Assembly (NCBI RefSeq): GCF_009914755.1
Contig: NC_060936.1
Reading direction: 5' to 3' (one strand)
DNA length: 64,000 nt
Source: the human T2T-CHM13v2.0 reference genome, Homo sapiens
Shown here: piece after piece, positions 39,731-54,454 of the stretch
How positions within the stretch are numbered: the first letter of the stretch is position 1
Layout: each line of letters starts with the position of its first letter
Notes under the pieces: model-generated
Told to the model about the DNA's origin: nothing
Database searches by the model: none
What the model saw: only the letters and a program-made list of their open reading frames with translations
Program-made: the position numbers and the translations under genes

Positions 39731-40326
39731 TTAACGTAACCATACTTTTTGTAAGAAACCTAATGCATGTTGTGTAATGTCTTTTGCTCTCTGCCCAAAT
39801 TTTGTTCATCCATCCATATAATAGTTTCATTTAATATATTTCTCTGTACTTTGCAAATTGGTAATTAGATATAGAGGCTTGATCTGATTGCTTTATGTTT
39901 TTGACAAGATTGTTTACAGATGGTGTGATATACTTCTCTAAGGAGTTATACAATATCTGGATAGCTCTCTTTTGGTGATATTAGCAGTCATTGGTAACTG
40001 CATGGATCTATTACTTGACTGGTGTTGCAAATGGTGATATTCTGATAAGTTCTGCATTGGTTACCTGATTCACTTCTTTAAAAAGAAACTTCCTTTCATC
40101 AGCTATTTGTTTACTATATATAACAAAGGAAAGACACTATTGATATGACAAACTATTGATACTATAGTATTGATATAACAAAGGAAAGACAGACTACCGG
40201 CTCAATTGTTTCCCTTATTTTATCAGTTTTCAAGAAAATGAACTGTCTCTCAAGCAATCTTCAAGGATGCACAATGTTTTACCTGTTATTTTGAAAATAA
40301 GGGTTAAGCACATTTGATGTATTTTA

Positions 40327-40509
40327 TTTTATTTTATTTTTATTTTTGGAGACAGGGTCTCTCTCTCTGTCACCCAGGCTAGAGTGTAGTGGCATGATCT
40401 TGGCTCACTGCAACCTCCGCCTCCTGGTCTCATGCGATCCTCTCACCTCAGCCTCCTGAGTAGCTGGGACTACAGGCTCTTGATACCATGACTGGCTAAT
40501 TTTTTTTTA

Positions 40510-40562
<53 letters not shown>

Positions 40563-40686
40563 TTTTGGTAGAGGCAGGATTTCACCATGTTGCCCGGGCT
40601 GGTCTTGAACTCCTGAAATCAAGCCCTTCACCTGCCTCGGCCTCCCAAAGTGCCAGGACTACAGGTGTGAGCCACCCTGACCAGCC
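40327..40686 (-). mobile_element. AluJb with (TG)24 in the linker (40512-40560)
   Basis: Antisense Alu; TSD atttga(t/c)gtatttta at 40312-40326 and 40687-40701. Confidence 0.93.
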
Positions 40687-41219
40687 ATTTGACGTATTTT
40701 AATCTATTGCAATTATTATCCTTCTTGAAGCTCAATTTTCCCATTTTTGGCTGAGGGGTTTGGGCTTTCTTTTGACATGATGTAGAGCCTTTGAGAATAT
40801 CCTTACTATCTGGTAGTCAAGTTATTTCACATTCATTGTACATGTTTTCTGACACAAGCCTGGAATCAAGAGTCACCCATTTTTCTAAGCCCAGTTTCTT
40901 TTCATGAGAAGTGATATTTTTTATTTATTATTATTATACTTTAAGTTCTAGGGTACATGTGCACAATGTGCAGGTTTGTTACATAGGTATACATGTGCCA
41001 TGTTGGTTTGCTGCACCCATTAACTCATCGTTTACATTAGGTATTTCTCCTAATGCTATCCCTCCCCCTGCCCTCCACCCCATGACAGGTGCCTGTGTGT
41101 GATGTTCCCTGTCCTGTGTCCAAGTGATCTCATTGTTCAATTACCGCCTGTGAGTGAGAACATGTGGTGTTTGGTTTTCCTTGGGATGGTTTGCTGAGAA
41201 TGATGGTTTCCAGCTCCAT

Positions 41220-42014
41220 CTATGTCCCTACAAAGGACGTGAACTCATCCTTTTTTATGGCTGCATAGTATTCCATGGTGTATATGTGCCACATTTTCTT
41301 AATCCAGTCTATAATTGATGGACATTTGGGTTTGTTCCAAGTCTTTGCTATCGTGAATAGTGCTGCAATAAACATATGTGTGCATCTGTCTTTATAGTAG
41401 CATGATTTATAATCCTTTGGGTATATACCCAGTAATGGGATCACTGGATCAAATGGTATTTCTAGTTCTAGATCCTTGAGGAATTGCCACACTGTCTTCC
41501 ACAATGGTTGAACTAGTTTACAGTCCCACCAACAGTGTAAAAGTGTTCCTATTTCTCCATATCCTCTCCAGCATCTGTTGTTTCCTGACTTTTTAATGAT
41601 CGCCATGCTAACTGTGAGATGGTATCTCACTGTGGTTTTGATTTGCATTTCTCTGACAACCAGTGATGATGAGCATTTTTTCATGTGTCTTTTGGCTGCA
41701 TAAATGTCTTCTTTTGGGAAGTGTCTGTTCATATCCTTTGCCAATTTTTTGATGGGGTTGTCTGTTTTTTTCTTGTAAATTTGTTTAAGTTCTTTGTAGA
41801 TTCTGGATATTAGCCCTTTGTCGATTCTGGATATCAGCCCTTTGTCAGATGGATGGATTGCAAAAATTTTCTCCCATTCTGTAAGTTGCCTGTTCACTCC
41901 GATGGTAGTTTCTTTTGCTGTGCAGAAGTTCTTTAGTTTAATTAGATCCCATTTGTCTATTTTGGCTTTTGTTGTCACTGCTTTTGGTGTTTTAGTCATG
42001 AAGTCCTTGCCCAT
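41220..42014 (-). pseudogene. L1 ORF2p C-terminal (Cys-rich) fragment
   Basis: [12 protein letters not shown]...[18 protein letters not shown]; second Cys of the motif replaced by Tyr. Confidence 0.9.
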
Positions 42015-42373
42015 GTCTATGTCCTGAATGGTATTGCATAGGTTTTCTTCTAGGGTTTTTATGGTTTTAGGTCTAACATTTAGGTCTTTAATCCATCTTG
42101 AACTAGCTTTTGTATAAGGTGTAAGGAAAGGATCCAGTTCCAGCTTTCTACATAAGGCTAGCCAGTTTTCCCAGCACCATTTATTAAATAGGGAATCCTT
42201 TCCTCAGTTCTTGTTTTTGTCAGGTTTGTCAAAGATCAGATGGTTGTAGACAGGTGGTGTTATTTCTGAGGCCTCTGTTCTGTTCCATTGGTTTATCTCT
42301 CTGTTTTGGTACCAGTGCCATGCTGTTTTGGTTACTGTAGCCTTGTAGTATAGTTTGAAGTCAGGTAGCATGA

Positions 42374-43369
<996 letters not shown>

Positions 43370-43559
43370 TGAGTACTAGAAATATTAATCATTCTTAAGC
43401 AGGTTGGTTGATAATTGTTTCTGGTCTTTTTTTGCTGGAAAAGCTATACTATCTATCTATTTTTTCTATTTATCTACATACAGATAAACAGTATAATTAC
43501 TTTGGTTTCTTGCCATCTTTTACTACCATTACTTCCTGTCTTAAGGCAGCAACTATCCA

Positions 43560-43800
43560 GTAGTTGAGCTACATCCAATACACATTTTCACATTGGGTTT
43601 AATTCCTAGCTTTGTCATGTAACCATGTGGTCTTGGACAAGTACTTGACCTTTATTTGCATCAAGTTTATCCTTTATATCAAAAAGGATTGTTGTACTAG
43701 TGTACTAAACTCAGAAGTTTCAATAATTATAGAGTTAGTATACAAAATGTGCTTAGAAGAGGGCATGACATAGAGGAGTTACATGTATTAGTTATTATTA
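43560..43800 (+). mobile_element. MIR SINE
   Basis: gggtttaattcctagcttt...tgtggtcttggacaagtacttgacct...caagtttatcc. Confidence 0.65.
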
Positions 43801-43845
43801 ATTGTGCAAAAGCAATGTGTAGATTTAATATATTTAAAATTTATA

Positions 43846-44122
43846 GGCTGGGTGCAGTGGCTTTGCACCTGTAAGCGGTGGCACTTTGGGAGGCCAAGGC
43901 AGGTGGATTGCTTGAGTTCGAGACCAGCCTGGGCAACATGGCAAAACCCTGTCTCTACAGAAAATACAAAAATTAGTCAACCCTGGTGGTGGATGCCTGT
44001 AGTCCCAGCTACTTGGGAGGCTGAGGTGGGAGGATCATCTGAGCCCGGGAGGCTGAGGCTGCGGTGAGCCATGATCATGCCACTTCAGCCAGGGTGACAG
44101 AGTGAGACCCTGTCTCAAAAAA
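43846..44122 (+). mobile_element. AluJ
   Basis: Dimeric Alu with J diagnostics (ggaggatca, gagaccctgtctc). Confidence 0.92.
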
Positions 44123-44254
44123 GAAATTATATATATTCTCTCATATTTGCATAAAATTCTGACTTTGTCACTCAATATTGTGCTTTCATAATCTATTTCT
44201 GTTGATATTTAATGAGGTTTTTTCCATCATAAAATACATGATATAAATATATTT

Positions 44255-44264
44255 TTATATATGT

Positions 44265-44298
<34 letters not shown>

Positions 44299-44300
44299 AA
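44255..44300 (+). repeat. Compound (TA)n(GA)n microsatellite
   Basis: Directly visible. Confidence 0.9.
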
Positions 44301-44465
44301 GATACATGGAGACAAATAAATATTTGTGTGTGTATTTAGTTTTCCCAAAAAATCTTATTCATTCTCATAATTTTAGTTATAATACATATACTGATAGCTA
44401 TTAATACATGATATATATTTTTTTACTTCAGCTTTCTTCTAAACTCCAAATTCCTATGCCTCCCT

Positions 44466-45035
44466 ATGGCAGATGTAAAATATGGCCACAATATTTTTCA
44501 GCTGCCACCATCAAGAAGCTGAATCTGTTTTCCCTATCATTTTAAACTGGGCCAACTTTGTGCCTCATGTTGACCAATAAAACATGGCAGAAATTATGTT
44601 GTGCAACTATGACAACAGTCCTTAGGAGGCCAAGTAGTTAACATTTTTACTCTCTTGGAACATTACCTTGTAAGAAAACCAATCTAGCCTATTGAAGGAT
44701 GGGAAAACACATAGAGGAATACCAGGTGATGAAGATAAAAGCCAGCATAACTCCTAGTTTTATAAATGAGGCCATTTTATACCTCTCCTCCCAGGTGAGC
44801 TGATAGAATGACTGTAGTGACATGGGATGGCAACGCACAGCCCCTGCCTGTTCTTGCAGTGCTGTTGGTTGCTTTTGTGCTATAGAAGCAGAGTTCAATA
44901 GTTGTGATAGGGACTGTATGGCTCACAGAGCCTAAAATAGTTTCTATCTGATCCTTTACAGAAAAAGTGTGCTGATCCCTGTTTTAAGCCATTAGTTTTT
45001 TTTTTGTTTTTTTATAAAGCAATATATAATCTATG
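44466..45035 (+). mobile_element. MLT1G/H-like LTR with nested MER58 fragment (about 44835-44981)
   Basis: aaatatggccacaa...ttgaccaataaaacatggcagaa; MER58 end gcctaaaatagtttctatctgatcctttacagaaaaagtgtgctgatccctg; LTR resumes ttttaagcca. Confidence 0.7.
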
Positions 45036-45574
45036 TACTCTACTATTCCCCACGCCCACATCTGTCCCTATTCCTGGGTTGTCTTACTCTAACAATATTA
45101 CCTCTACCTAGTCATTTACTTAAAGAAAAACATTAGAAAGCATGTAAGCATTTCTGCATTTATTATCTTCCATACCTCCCTAATTTATCATCAAATTTTG
45201 TTAAACTTGTATTTTACATCTCTATTGGATACATCTCTTGCACAATGTTCTTCAAGATTCCATAAATATTTCCTGGATAATTACAGTTGACTCATTTATT
45301 TTATGTTTTTATAAAATAAAACCATGTTTTTGTTAGATACTGGACATAAGCAGATTAATAATCACAGTACTTGTAAACAATAATGAAATAGTATAGTTAA
45401 AACATACAAGGTGACAAGTGTTGATAGAGATGAATGGTTAATATTGGGGAAGCACAGAGGAGGGACATTTAATTACATTCAGTTAAGTAAGGCAGGGAAA
45501 AGCTTTCTAGTTAAGGTGATTCCTAAAATGAGATATAAAGGGATGAGCAATAGCTAACTATATGATATGGAGTG

Positions 45575-45785
45575 TATGTTAGGCCCTTCTTGCCTTGCTA
45601 TAAAGAAATACCTGAGACTATGTAATTTGAAAAGAAAAGCAGTTCAATTGGCTCCTGGTTCTGCAAGCTGTACAAGCATGGCACCAGCATCTGCTCACCT
45701 TCTGAAAAGGCCTTTGGAAATTTTTACTCGTGGTGGAAGGGTGCAGGCACTTCACATGGCAAGAACAGGAGCAAGAGAGAGAATT
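45575..45785 (-). mobile_element. MST LTR fragment
   Basis: gctataaagaaatacctgagact...ggctcctggttctgcaagctgtacaagcatggcaccagcatctgct. Confidence 0.8.
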
Positions 45786-46739
45786 TCCATAATTACTCTT
45801 TCTATAGAGTTGATCAGCCTGAGAACATACCTGGGGTCAAACCATTCGTGCTGGCTCAATTTTCTACCTCCTTTCATAATTCCACTGAGGGTGGCGGGGG
45901 AACAAAAGAAGGAAAGAAAGAAACAATGGCATGATTCATTTACATTATTGTTTCTTAACTCCAAATTCACCCTTCATTGCCCCGATGGTGATATTGGAGC
46001 TGAATCTTATAGACATTTTTCCTTTGCCAGTAGAGTGAGGTGGAATAACAGTGCAGGAGGGTTTCTTCTCTGGATTAGGTGTACCTATTCTCAGTTTGCT
46101 ATTGCAGCCAGCAGCATGCAGATACATAGTGGTGTTATATTTGAGCATGCCAGTCCCAGGCTGTATTTTCCTCTCTGTCAGCCTTGGCCCAGTGATTGTG
46201 GACCAGCTCTGACTTAGGACAGCCCTGTTAACTTTCCCCCCATCCAGTATGCTGCAACCAGAACTTCTCCAGTGAGGTCTGAATCCTAGCTTAGGGAAGG
46301 GGCCTCTTTTCAAGTTTATTGCTTTCTTTGGTATTCTTCCTCAGGCCCATGGTATTCTTTAACATTCACTGTCATTTCTTTTTAATAGCTGATTCCCTGT
46401 AAATAGTTAATATTTCTTTTCTCATACAATACCTATTCAAATTACCTTCTTTCTCCTGATTGGACCCTGAGTAATACAAAATATTATTTACACATCCAAA
46501 TATTTAAATGGTACATCTTATCAAAAATAAAACCTTCAGGATGCCAAAATATAGAAAATTTAAAGTATTGGAATATAGAAAGCCTTGTTCAGATAATAAT
46601 ATCAAACCATGGTACTGACTCATATGTTTGACTGTCTTATATAAATTTTTGCTAAGAATGATACATGAGATTAGAAGCAGGGTGTTTTGGCCTCTGTTGA
46701 GATTTTCTGAATTGAGATACATTCAAGAATAGGAAGTGA

Positions 46740-47400
46740 TACTTCCATGTCCAGTAATGATAAAACTGCAGGAAGTAGAATGCCCTCCCATCCCTGCCCT
46801 GTAATTTAAACAAACTAAAAAAAAAAAGAAATATATGAAACAATTGTTTTCACACACTGGAAAACAGGCAGTACAGAAGAGTAATTCCTTAGAAGAGGAA
46901 GCAAGTTAGTTGAATCATAGAATTGCCCCATCTTATTGCCTTGAGTGTTTCCAGGCCACAGGACAAGTAGGACCACCATCACTAGGCCCAAACCGAGCCT
47001 TTTACCATATGGGGTATTGAATGATATCCTCAGAAGGGCATTGCCCAGGTAATGAGGCCAAGTCAGCCCTAGACTGACTTGTTCAGTCCCTGTTGGGGAA
47101 CACCTAGCAAAGCTTAAAAGCAAGTCTTGAAAAGATCAAACCATTTTTAGGTAACTTGTGTCCACCAAACCAAAAAAGGCCCCATAATATTTAAAGAATT
47201 ACTAAAACAAAACAAAATCCAACACTAACAGCATAATATTCACAATGACTAGAATCTCATGAAAAAAACTGAAAAACATGCAAAAGCAAGAAATTATAGA
47301 CCATAACAAGGTGAATATGAAGTCAATATAGACATGAAATGACAGAGATAATAGAACTACTAGACAGGCGGATGTTGTAAGAAGGCATATTACATTATTT
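46740..47400 (+). mobile_element. Old L1ME 5'-region fragment
   Basis: acttccatgtccag...aaatatatgaaacaattgttttc...aggcagtacagaagagtaattcc motifs. Confidence 0.5.
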
Positions 47401-47429
47401 ATTGTAGTAAAAAATGAAGTTAGACATTT

Positions 47430-48690
47430 TCTAGGAAATGTAGGTCTGAATTGGTTGATTGGCTTGACCATTAGGATTGATTTTGCCTATTCATTTATAT
47501 GGTGACCATTTTTCAAAAAATGAATGAAATTTATAGTTCCAATGTTTTGACAAAAATGGCATTTTAAAACGTGACATGATAAACTTATGTAGTTTTGGCA
47601 AATATATATTTATATTAATAATATTTAGATTTCTCCTACTGCTTTTGAATGTATTAGGTTAAGTAAGGTGCCTCTTAGTGGAAGCATAATGGATATAATT
47701 AAGTTATTTGAAAAGTTTTGGTAAAGTCTTTTTGATAGAATTCCTCTAAACTCAGAAATTGAGTGACTCTAACAACTGGGTAAAAAATAATTTTGATGTC
47801 AAATGGTTTAAAAATTTTGGCTTTCAATTAAATTAAGAAAGAAATAATTTAGTTGTCAAATGTTAGATGATTATAAATTATTTTTGACGATAGATTGGCA
47901 TGTGATTTCTTTTGCATGTTACTTGGAAGTTTTAAAGCATTAAGTTAAATTGCTTTAACAAAGTTTTATTTCATTCCCATTTATTCATGCAACTGACGTT
48001 TCTTAGGATTTATGCTCATAAAAATGAAAACTAGAATATAACTGGATTTGAATCCTAGCTCATTCTAACAATAAGATAAATAAAATTATCAAATATATAA
48101 ACAAATTGAGAAGAGGCAGCCTTGCCTATCTCATCAATATATGCATTCCAATAACATTTACTTTTTGTTTTGAAATTATCAAAACTTCTAGTACAGAAGT
48201 TTGGCCAATTGTTTACTAATAACTGTAATAATAATTAAACCAGAAGACATATTTGACACAGGTCTTTTGACCACAAGAATTAAAAAATTAACTTCTATAA
48301 TTTTTTGTTACAGAGAAGACCCTCGAGATAATAAAAAAGTCCTTGATACTTAAAAATATATTTTACCTAAAATCTCATATCGAAAGAGATAAAAATACAA
48401 ATTTAAGAAGCAAAAGGAATTGTATAAAATTTCTGACTCAAATAAAAGTCTGTCTATAAATTTTTAGTGTATGAATCTTGGTGTCAAATCACCATGCTAT
48501 TTAACTCTATTGATATTTTTAAATGAGTGATATATCAGTTTTCAATATTTTAGAAATTATATCTTTACGGCCATAAAGATAAAAAATGTAGATGTCAGCT
48601 TTGAAATGTGAAAGGTTTACAATGCTTTTCAAAATTCTTCTAGGAAATAAACCAAGCAAACACGTTTCAAACCTAATTCCGTAGGTGACA
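47430..48690 (+). mobile_element. Ancient hAT-Charlie transposon relic (transposase C-terminus and 3' end)
   Basis: Degenerate hAT dimerisation-domain-like sequence at 47930-48070 (aaattgctttaacaaag...ataaaaatgaaaactagaat). Confidence 0.55.
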
Positions 48691-49074
48691 AAACTGTTTG
48701 GAATTTTAATTAGATAAAGGGCATGGTCACGTTATATTTTAGACAAAAATCTGCAGATGCATTAATACCGTGTTAATGCCCTCCTCCAAAGATAGATTTG
48801 AGGGAGTCAAGAACATAGGCAGAAAAAATCCTGTAGAAGATGCTTGAGAACTTTTAGGTAATTGATGAGGAAATTGCACAGAGATAATGGCAATAGCATT
48901 TACAAATTCTGAAATATTTAGGAGATACAATCATCAAGGGTTGGCCTTCTATCTGGTTCCCTGCTTTGGTCACTCCTTCTTCTAAGCCATCCTCCATGTG
49001 GCTACCCAAATAAGTCTTCTAAAACATCCAATTATGTCCTTGTCTTTGCTGAAGTTCTTCAACAGAGTTCCATT

Positions 49075-49402
49075 ATATTAGTCAAGGTAATAGTTAAGAT
49101 GTTGTAATAAGGATATCCCCAAATTAAATGGCTTAATAAGAGAGATTATTTTTTCCTGTAACAATCCAACAGGCATAAGCAGGTAGGGCAGCTCCTTTTT
49201 TACAAGGTCATTCACACACCCAGGTTTCTTTCATTTGGTTAACTCTCATCCTCTAGGGTGTGTCCTCAGCTAGACCGTCAAGACTGACTTGCCACCATGA
49301 TATCCACATTATTTGAGGCCATTGGAAGGAGAAAATTAGTGTATTAGTCAGGGTCCTCCAGAGAAACAGAAGTAGGGGTGTGTGTGTGTGTGTGTGTGTG
49401 TG

Positions 49403-49440
<38 letters not shown>

Positions 49441-49985
49441 AGGAACTGGCTCAGCAATTATGGAGACTGACAAAGCCCAAGATTGTCAGTCAGCAGGCTG
49501 GAGACCCAGAAGAGGCTATGTATAGTTCCAGTCTGAGTTCAAAGGCCTGAGTTCCCACTTATTCGCGATAGGGCTGAGCTTTTTGTTCCATTCATGCTTT
49601 CAATGGATTGGTTGGGGCTCACTCACATTGGGAAAGGCAATCTGCTTTATTCAGTGTATTGATTCATTGTTAATCTCATCCAAAACACCCCCACAGACAC
49701 ATCCAGAATAATGTTTGACCTAATATCTCGGCACCCCATGGCTCAGTCAATTTGACACATAAAATTAACCATTGCAATTAGTAAATTCATATTAGCAATT
49801 TTTTTTAAATCAAGTTTTCATATTGTACACATTACTTCTACCTACATTCCACTCGTGAGAACTCACTCATGTGACTGCACCTGGGTGTGTGGGAGGCTGA
49901 AGAATACGGTCTCTAGCTAACTGGCCATGTGCCGATGAAAGAGAGAAGCACAGATTTAGGGAGACAACTATCAGTCTGCCCGTCA
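49075..49985 (-). mobile_element. MLT1J/K-like LTR split by an MLT2 LTR
   Basis: tattagtcaagg...atggcttaa...aggtcattca...ccaggtttctttc; second half cacattacttctacctacattccact...tctctagct. Confidence 0.6.
49340..49776 (-). mobile_element. ERVL solo LTR (MLT2C/B-like) with (TG)n at about 49378-49435
   Basis: tgtattagtcagggtcctccagagaaacagaa...ttgacacataaaattaaccattgca; TSD ATTAG at 49335-49339 and 49777-49781. Confidence 0.9.
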
Positions 49986-50347
49986 TATATGAAGAATTGT
50001 GTTCAAAGCACATCACTTCTTCATCCAATCAACAAGTATCTGGCTCCTACTTAGTCCTTACCCTACCCAACTACCTCTGCATTTAATTATTTAATTGCAC
50101 TTGACTATATTTTCATGCACTCTTATAGTGTCATGCTTTTGTTCATAAAACTACAATTGACTAGAATGCTCTCTTCCCAATTTTGTTTCTTTTCTGCCAA
50201 TTGTGCATTTCTTTTTCTCTAATAATAGGTTTAGCTGGGTCCTCTTATGCTGAGTAAAGTGTAGCAGATTACCAGAATGAAGTTGCTGAGGGATGATTCT
50301 TAGTAGGGAAAATGTGAGTAGAATTTACACTCAATATAGGCTTATAT

Positions 50348-50612
50348 CAGGGGTTCCCAACCCCTGGGCCAAGGACCAGTACCAGTCTGTGGCCTATTAG
50401 GAGCTGGTCTACACAGTTCTCATAGGAGTGCAAACCCTATTGTGAACTGCGCATGTGAGGTGTCCAGGTTAAGTGCTCCTTATGAGAGTCTAATGCCTGA
50501 TGAACTGAGGTGTAACAGTTTCACCCCAAAACCATCTCTCCCCCACACCAGTCCATGGAGAAATTGTCTTCCACGAAATGGTTCCTGGTGCCAAAAAGTT
50601 TGGGGACCGCAG
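50348..50612 (+). mobile_element. MER1B hAT transposon (internally deleted)
   Basis: caggggttcccaaccc...tttggggaccgcag; 8-bp TSD gctta(t/g)at. Confidence 0.9.
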
Positions 50613-51851
50613 GCTTAGATTACCTTCTATATACCTGGTGCTTAAATGGATGACAGTTCTGCCCAATAGCAAAAAAAGTGGGTGTGATTCAGAACTTGTA
50701 TATATAGGAATTTGTGCGTGGTGGGGAGGTTTCTGTCTTCTCTTTTCAGTCTCTTTGGTCAGTCATATACTGAAACTGATATTTGATTGTTATATTGCTC
50801 CTTTTTTTTTTCTTATTCTTTAGTTTCACTGTTGTTGAGAACTGCTTTAAGAAAGGGAAAAAACTAGTAATATAAACATGTATTTTTGTATTTGATTTTC
50901 TAAAAACCACTAAAATTACTTTCTAAGAAATTTCTAAATTTGTATTTCTCTTATAGGTCAGTGCCCTTGGGAGATAAGAGGTAAAATTACAGTAAATGTT
51001 TTAGATTTTTACTTCCTCACTTTATATAAACTTCCTATGCTAGTTAACATCACTTTTATGGCATTCATCTCTTATTTACTGGCAACATGATTTTCAAAGT
51101 ATAATATTATTTCAAAAACCTTTCTCAGTTGAGAAGACTTTTTCAATGAGCATTCTGTAAGATAATTAAATGCTACACCAATGTTTGAGCAACTATCTTC
51201 AATTCTCCTAGAGGTGGCACATAGTTTGGACAATTCTAGATGCATAGAAGATAAGTTAATTCATGATACGTGATGAAAAATCTTACGGCACTGAGGCTTA
51301 ATTGTCCTGGAAACTTAGTCCTAGATAGAGACTAGCCAAGGGATTCCAAACTCTTAAACAAAAGGCCTGTCCTTCTGAAATAGAAATGTGAGATTTCTAT
51401 CTTATTTTTATAGTGATAGAAGTAGGCATATTTGAAGTGTAAAGTGAAAAGTGTAATCTTATGATTTAAAATGCATGAGGTTTACTATTTTCTATTTATA
51501 TCATAAGTAACAGTTTTACATTACTCTAAGAAGTGTTTAATACCAATAAAGAGAACTGGTTTTATAAAACTACTACTATAAGAAAGTTAAAAATAACAAA
51601 ACCTTGGGACTAAGAATACAAATATATTTTAAAATATTTGTAGCTAAAAGAGTTTGTAATTAAACAATTAGATATTATTATAAGCATTTGGGACTTCCCT
51701 ATCTTTTCTTTTAACTTCTAAGAGCAGATGCGTACTAATATTATAGATTTGGTATAAATTTGAATTGGATGTAATCATAATATTTTGAAATGTTTTTATC
51801 AAGTACTAGCATAGTTTTCTGTTACATAGAAGACAATAAATATTAGCTGCT

Positions 51852-51975
51852 GTCTTCTTCTTCTCCCTCCTCCTCTTCCTCCTTTTGACCCACCTCTTTC
51901 TTTTCCTCTCCTCCTTCCCCTTTCCTTCTCTTCCTCCTTTTTTTCTTTCTTTTGCTTTCCTTCTCTCTCTCTTTT
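51852..51975 (+). repeat. CT-rich low-complexity tract
   Basis: Directly visible. Confidence 0.85.
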
Positions 51976-52700
51976 ACTCAGGAACAAAGTTATCAGAGTG
52001 TACTGTTATGTATGAAAATTTTTTAAGGCAGAAGACAAGAGAATGTGCCTTTTTTAGAATCACTGGGAAAATATCTTACAGAATCAAACTATTTGAATCT
52101 ATATTTTTTTTTCCAGCAACTGGAACATATTACCTCATTTCAAGGTTATACCTGTTATAATTGTATTGGGCTTTGTATGTTATATTTGAGTTGTTTTGTT
52201 TAGGTTTGTTCTAATAGTCCCAGCTGCTATTATACTTCAGTTAATGCTTGATAGCTGGAGGAAGACACTAGAAGAGGTGTGACATTTTCCCTGAATTATA
52301 GAGAATGAAGAAAATATTAAGAATAGACAGAATCATCTATTTAATTTACCTTTAAAAATTGAAAAAGAAGGGATTATATTTACCAAGTCCCTAATTTATG
52401 TAATTGTTTTGCTTATACCAGTGTTCTCCTGGGACCCTCATGATACTTTGAAGTGAATCCCATTATCCACTGTTATATAGAGTCCTGGAAGAACTACATA
52501 ACATCCTTCAAGTCTACCAATCAGTCATTGGCAGTGTTAGAATTCAAACCTTGATTTGCCTAATTTCAGCATCTCTTTTCTACAAAGTTCCCTTACAAAC
52601 AACGAAGAAAGAGGAAGATAGAACAATACACTTCTTGAGCATCTGTAATAGACTAGGCCTTGTGAAAGATGCTTTATATACACATTTTCTCAATACTTCC

Positions 52701-53079
52701 TGATATGGTTTGGCTCTGTGTCCCTGCCCAAATCTCATCTTGAATTGTAGTTCCCATAATCCCCACGTGTCATGGGAGGGACCCAGTGGGAGGTAATTGA
52801 ATCATGGGGGCATTTCCCCCATGCTAGTCTTGTGGATAGTGAGTAAGTTCTCACGAGATCTGATGGTTTTTTAAGAGGCTTCCCCTTCACTCAGCTCTCA
52901 TACTTCTCCCTCCTGCCATCATGTGAAGAAGGACATGTTTGCTTCCCCTTCATCCATGATTGTAAGTTTCCTGAGGCCTCCCCAGCCATGCAGAACTGTG
53001 GGTCAATTAAACCTCTTTCTTTTATAAATTACCGAGTCTCAGGCAGTTCTTTATAGTAGCATGAGAATGAACTAATACA
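52701..53079 (+). mobile_element. THE1C/D MaLR solo LTR
   Basis: tgatatggtttggctctgtgtcc...gaactaataca; TSD CTTCC at 52696-52700 and 53080-53084. Confidence 0.95.
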
Positions 53080-53731
53080 CTTCCCAAACCCCAGTCTCTC
53101 ATCTACTATCATGAACATTTTTGTCACTAAAACTAATGTTTTTTCTAGATTGCCTTAAAAAAAAGGAAAAACAAAACAAAATCTAAAGGAAATTCAAACA
53201 ATGTAAATGGAAATTGAGTACATGAAAATCTTCACCAGTGACACACATCATATCCATTATCAACACTTCTGAATAGTTATTCTAAAAGTTCAGTTTTTAA
53301 AGGCTTAAAATATTTACAGGCGTGCCCAAACACTGTGCCTATTACTCATGTTGTTGTCTAAATTGGATACACAGGGGCCTACCCACTTTGTCCCTAATTT
53401 ACATAATAATAACTGGCACGTTTCATGTGTAAAAACCCTATTTTAAAATAAACATATTCATAAACATATATAATTATTAAAATTTAAAAGATTCCCATAA
53501 AATTTATCTCACATGTAAATAAGGTAACCAGCCATTCCAACTTGTCTCAGGCAGTGGGACTTTCTACGCTAAAAGTGGGACAATTCCACAGACAAGCCAG
53601 GAAGTATGTACTATATTGGGAAAATATGGCATTATCTCATGTAATATTTATCCAGCCATTCAGTTAGATATAATTATCCCTCTTATATACTTGAGAATCC
53701 AGGCACAAGGTATCTTCTAAAACAACTACTA

Positions 53732-53933
53732 TTTTTTTTTCAGGTAGAGTCTCAGTGTGTCACCCAGGCAGTGGCACGATCAATGCTCACTGCCACCTTG
53801 ACCTCCTGGGCTCAAGTGATCCTACTACCTCAGTCTCCCAAGCAGCTGGGATCACAAGTGTGCACTGCCACACCTGGCTAATTTTTTTTCAATCTATTTT
53901 TTGTAGAGATAGGGTTCTCACTATGTTCCCCAG
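53732..53933 (-). mobile_element. Partial AluJ
   Basis: gctcactgc...cctcctgggctcaagtgatcct...gtagagatagggttctcactatgtt. Confidence 0.85.
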
Positions 53934-54454
53934 TCTTAAAACAGAGACTATCAAATCACATATTCAAAACTAGGTCTTAAAATAGATAGATTTTAAAATA
54001 GATGGATTTTAAAAACACTACACTTTTTTTTTTTGTCCAGCACATTTTCTCAGGGAAAAATAACATTAACAAATAATATGCTAAATTCTGACTCAATTAA
54101 GAAACTTTTGAGCTTTCTAACCATCCCTCAGATCCCTCTCAGCCTGTTCAGGATGTCCAGCATACCACCCTGTCCTCCTCCATTTATTCTGCTCTTTGTC
54201 AGAGCTGTTGCTATAGCCTCTCCATTTTAGCCCTCTCCCCATGGCCCTCTTCTACTTTATCTCTTCTCGTGTGGCACTCTCAAATTCCAGGAAAAAAACT
54301 TTTTTTTTTTTTTTTAAAAAACCTCCTCCCCTTTTACCCAAACCAATCTTGAATCAGTGTTTTCAACTCTCCCTTGCAATGAATTCTGCCTTACTCTCTA
54401 GGATCTTTCTTTATGCACATAAACTTCTGGCAGTTCTGCTTCACTGGACTTTGC

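Noticed and set aside
45567-46217. 216-aa plus-strand ORF
   Set aside because: Runs across an MST LTR fragment and probable old L1 sequence; no recognisable domain or splice structure
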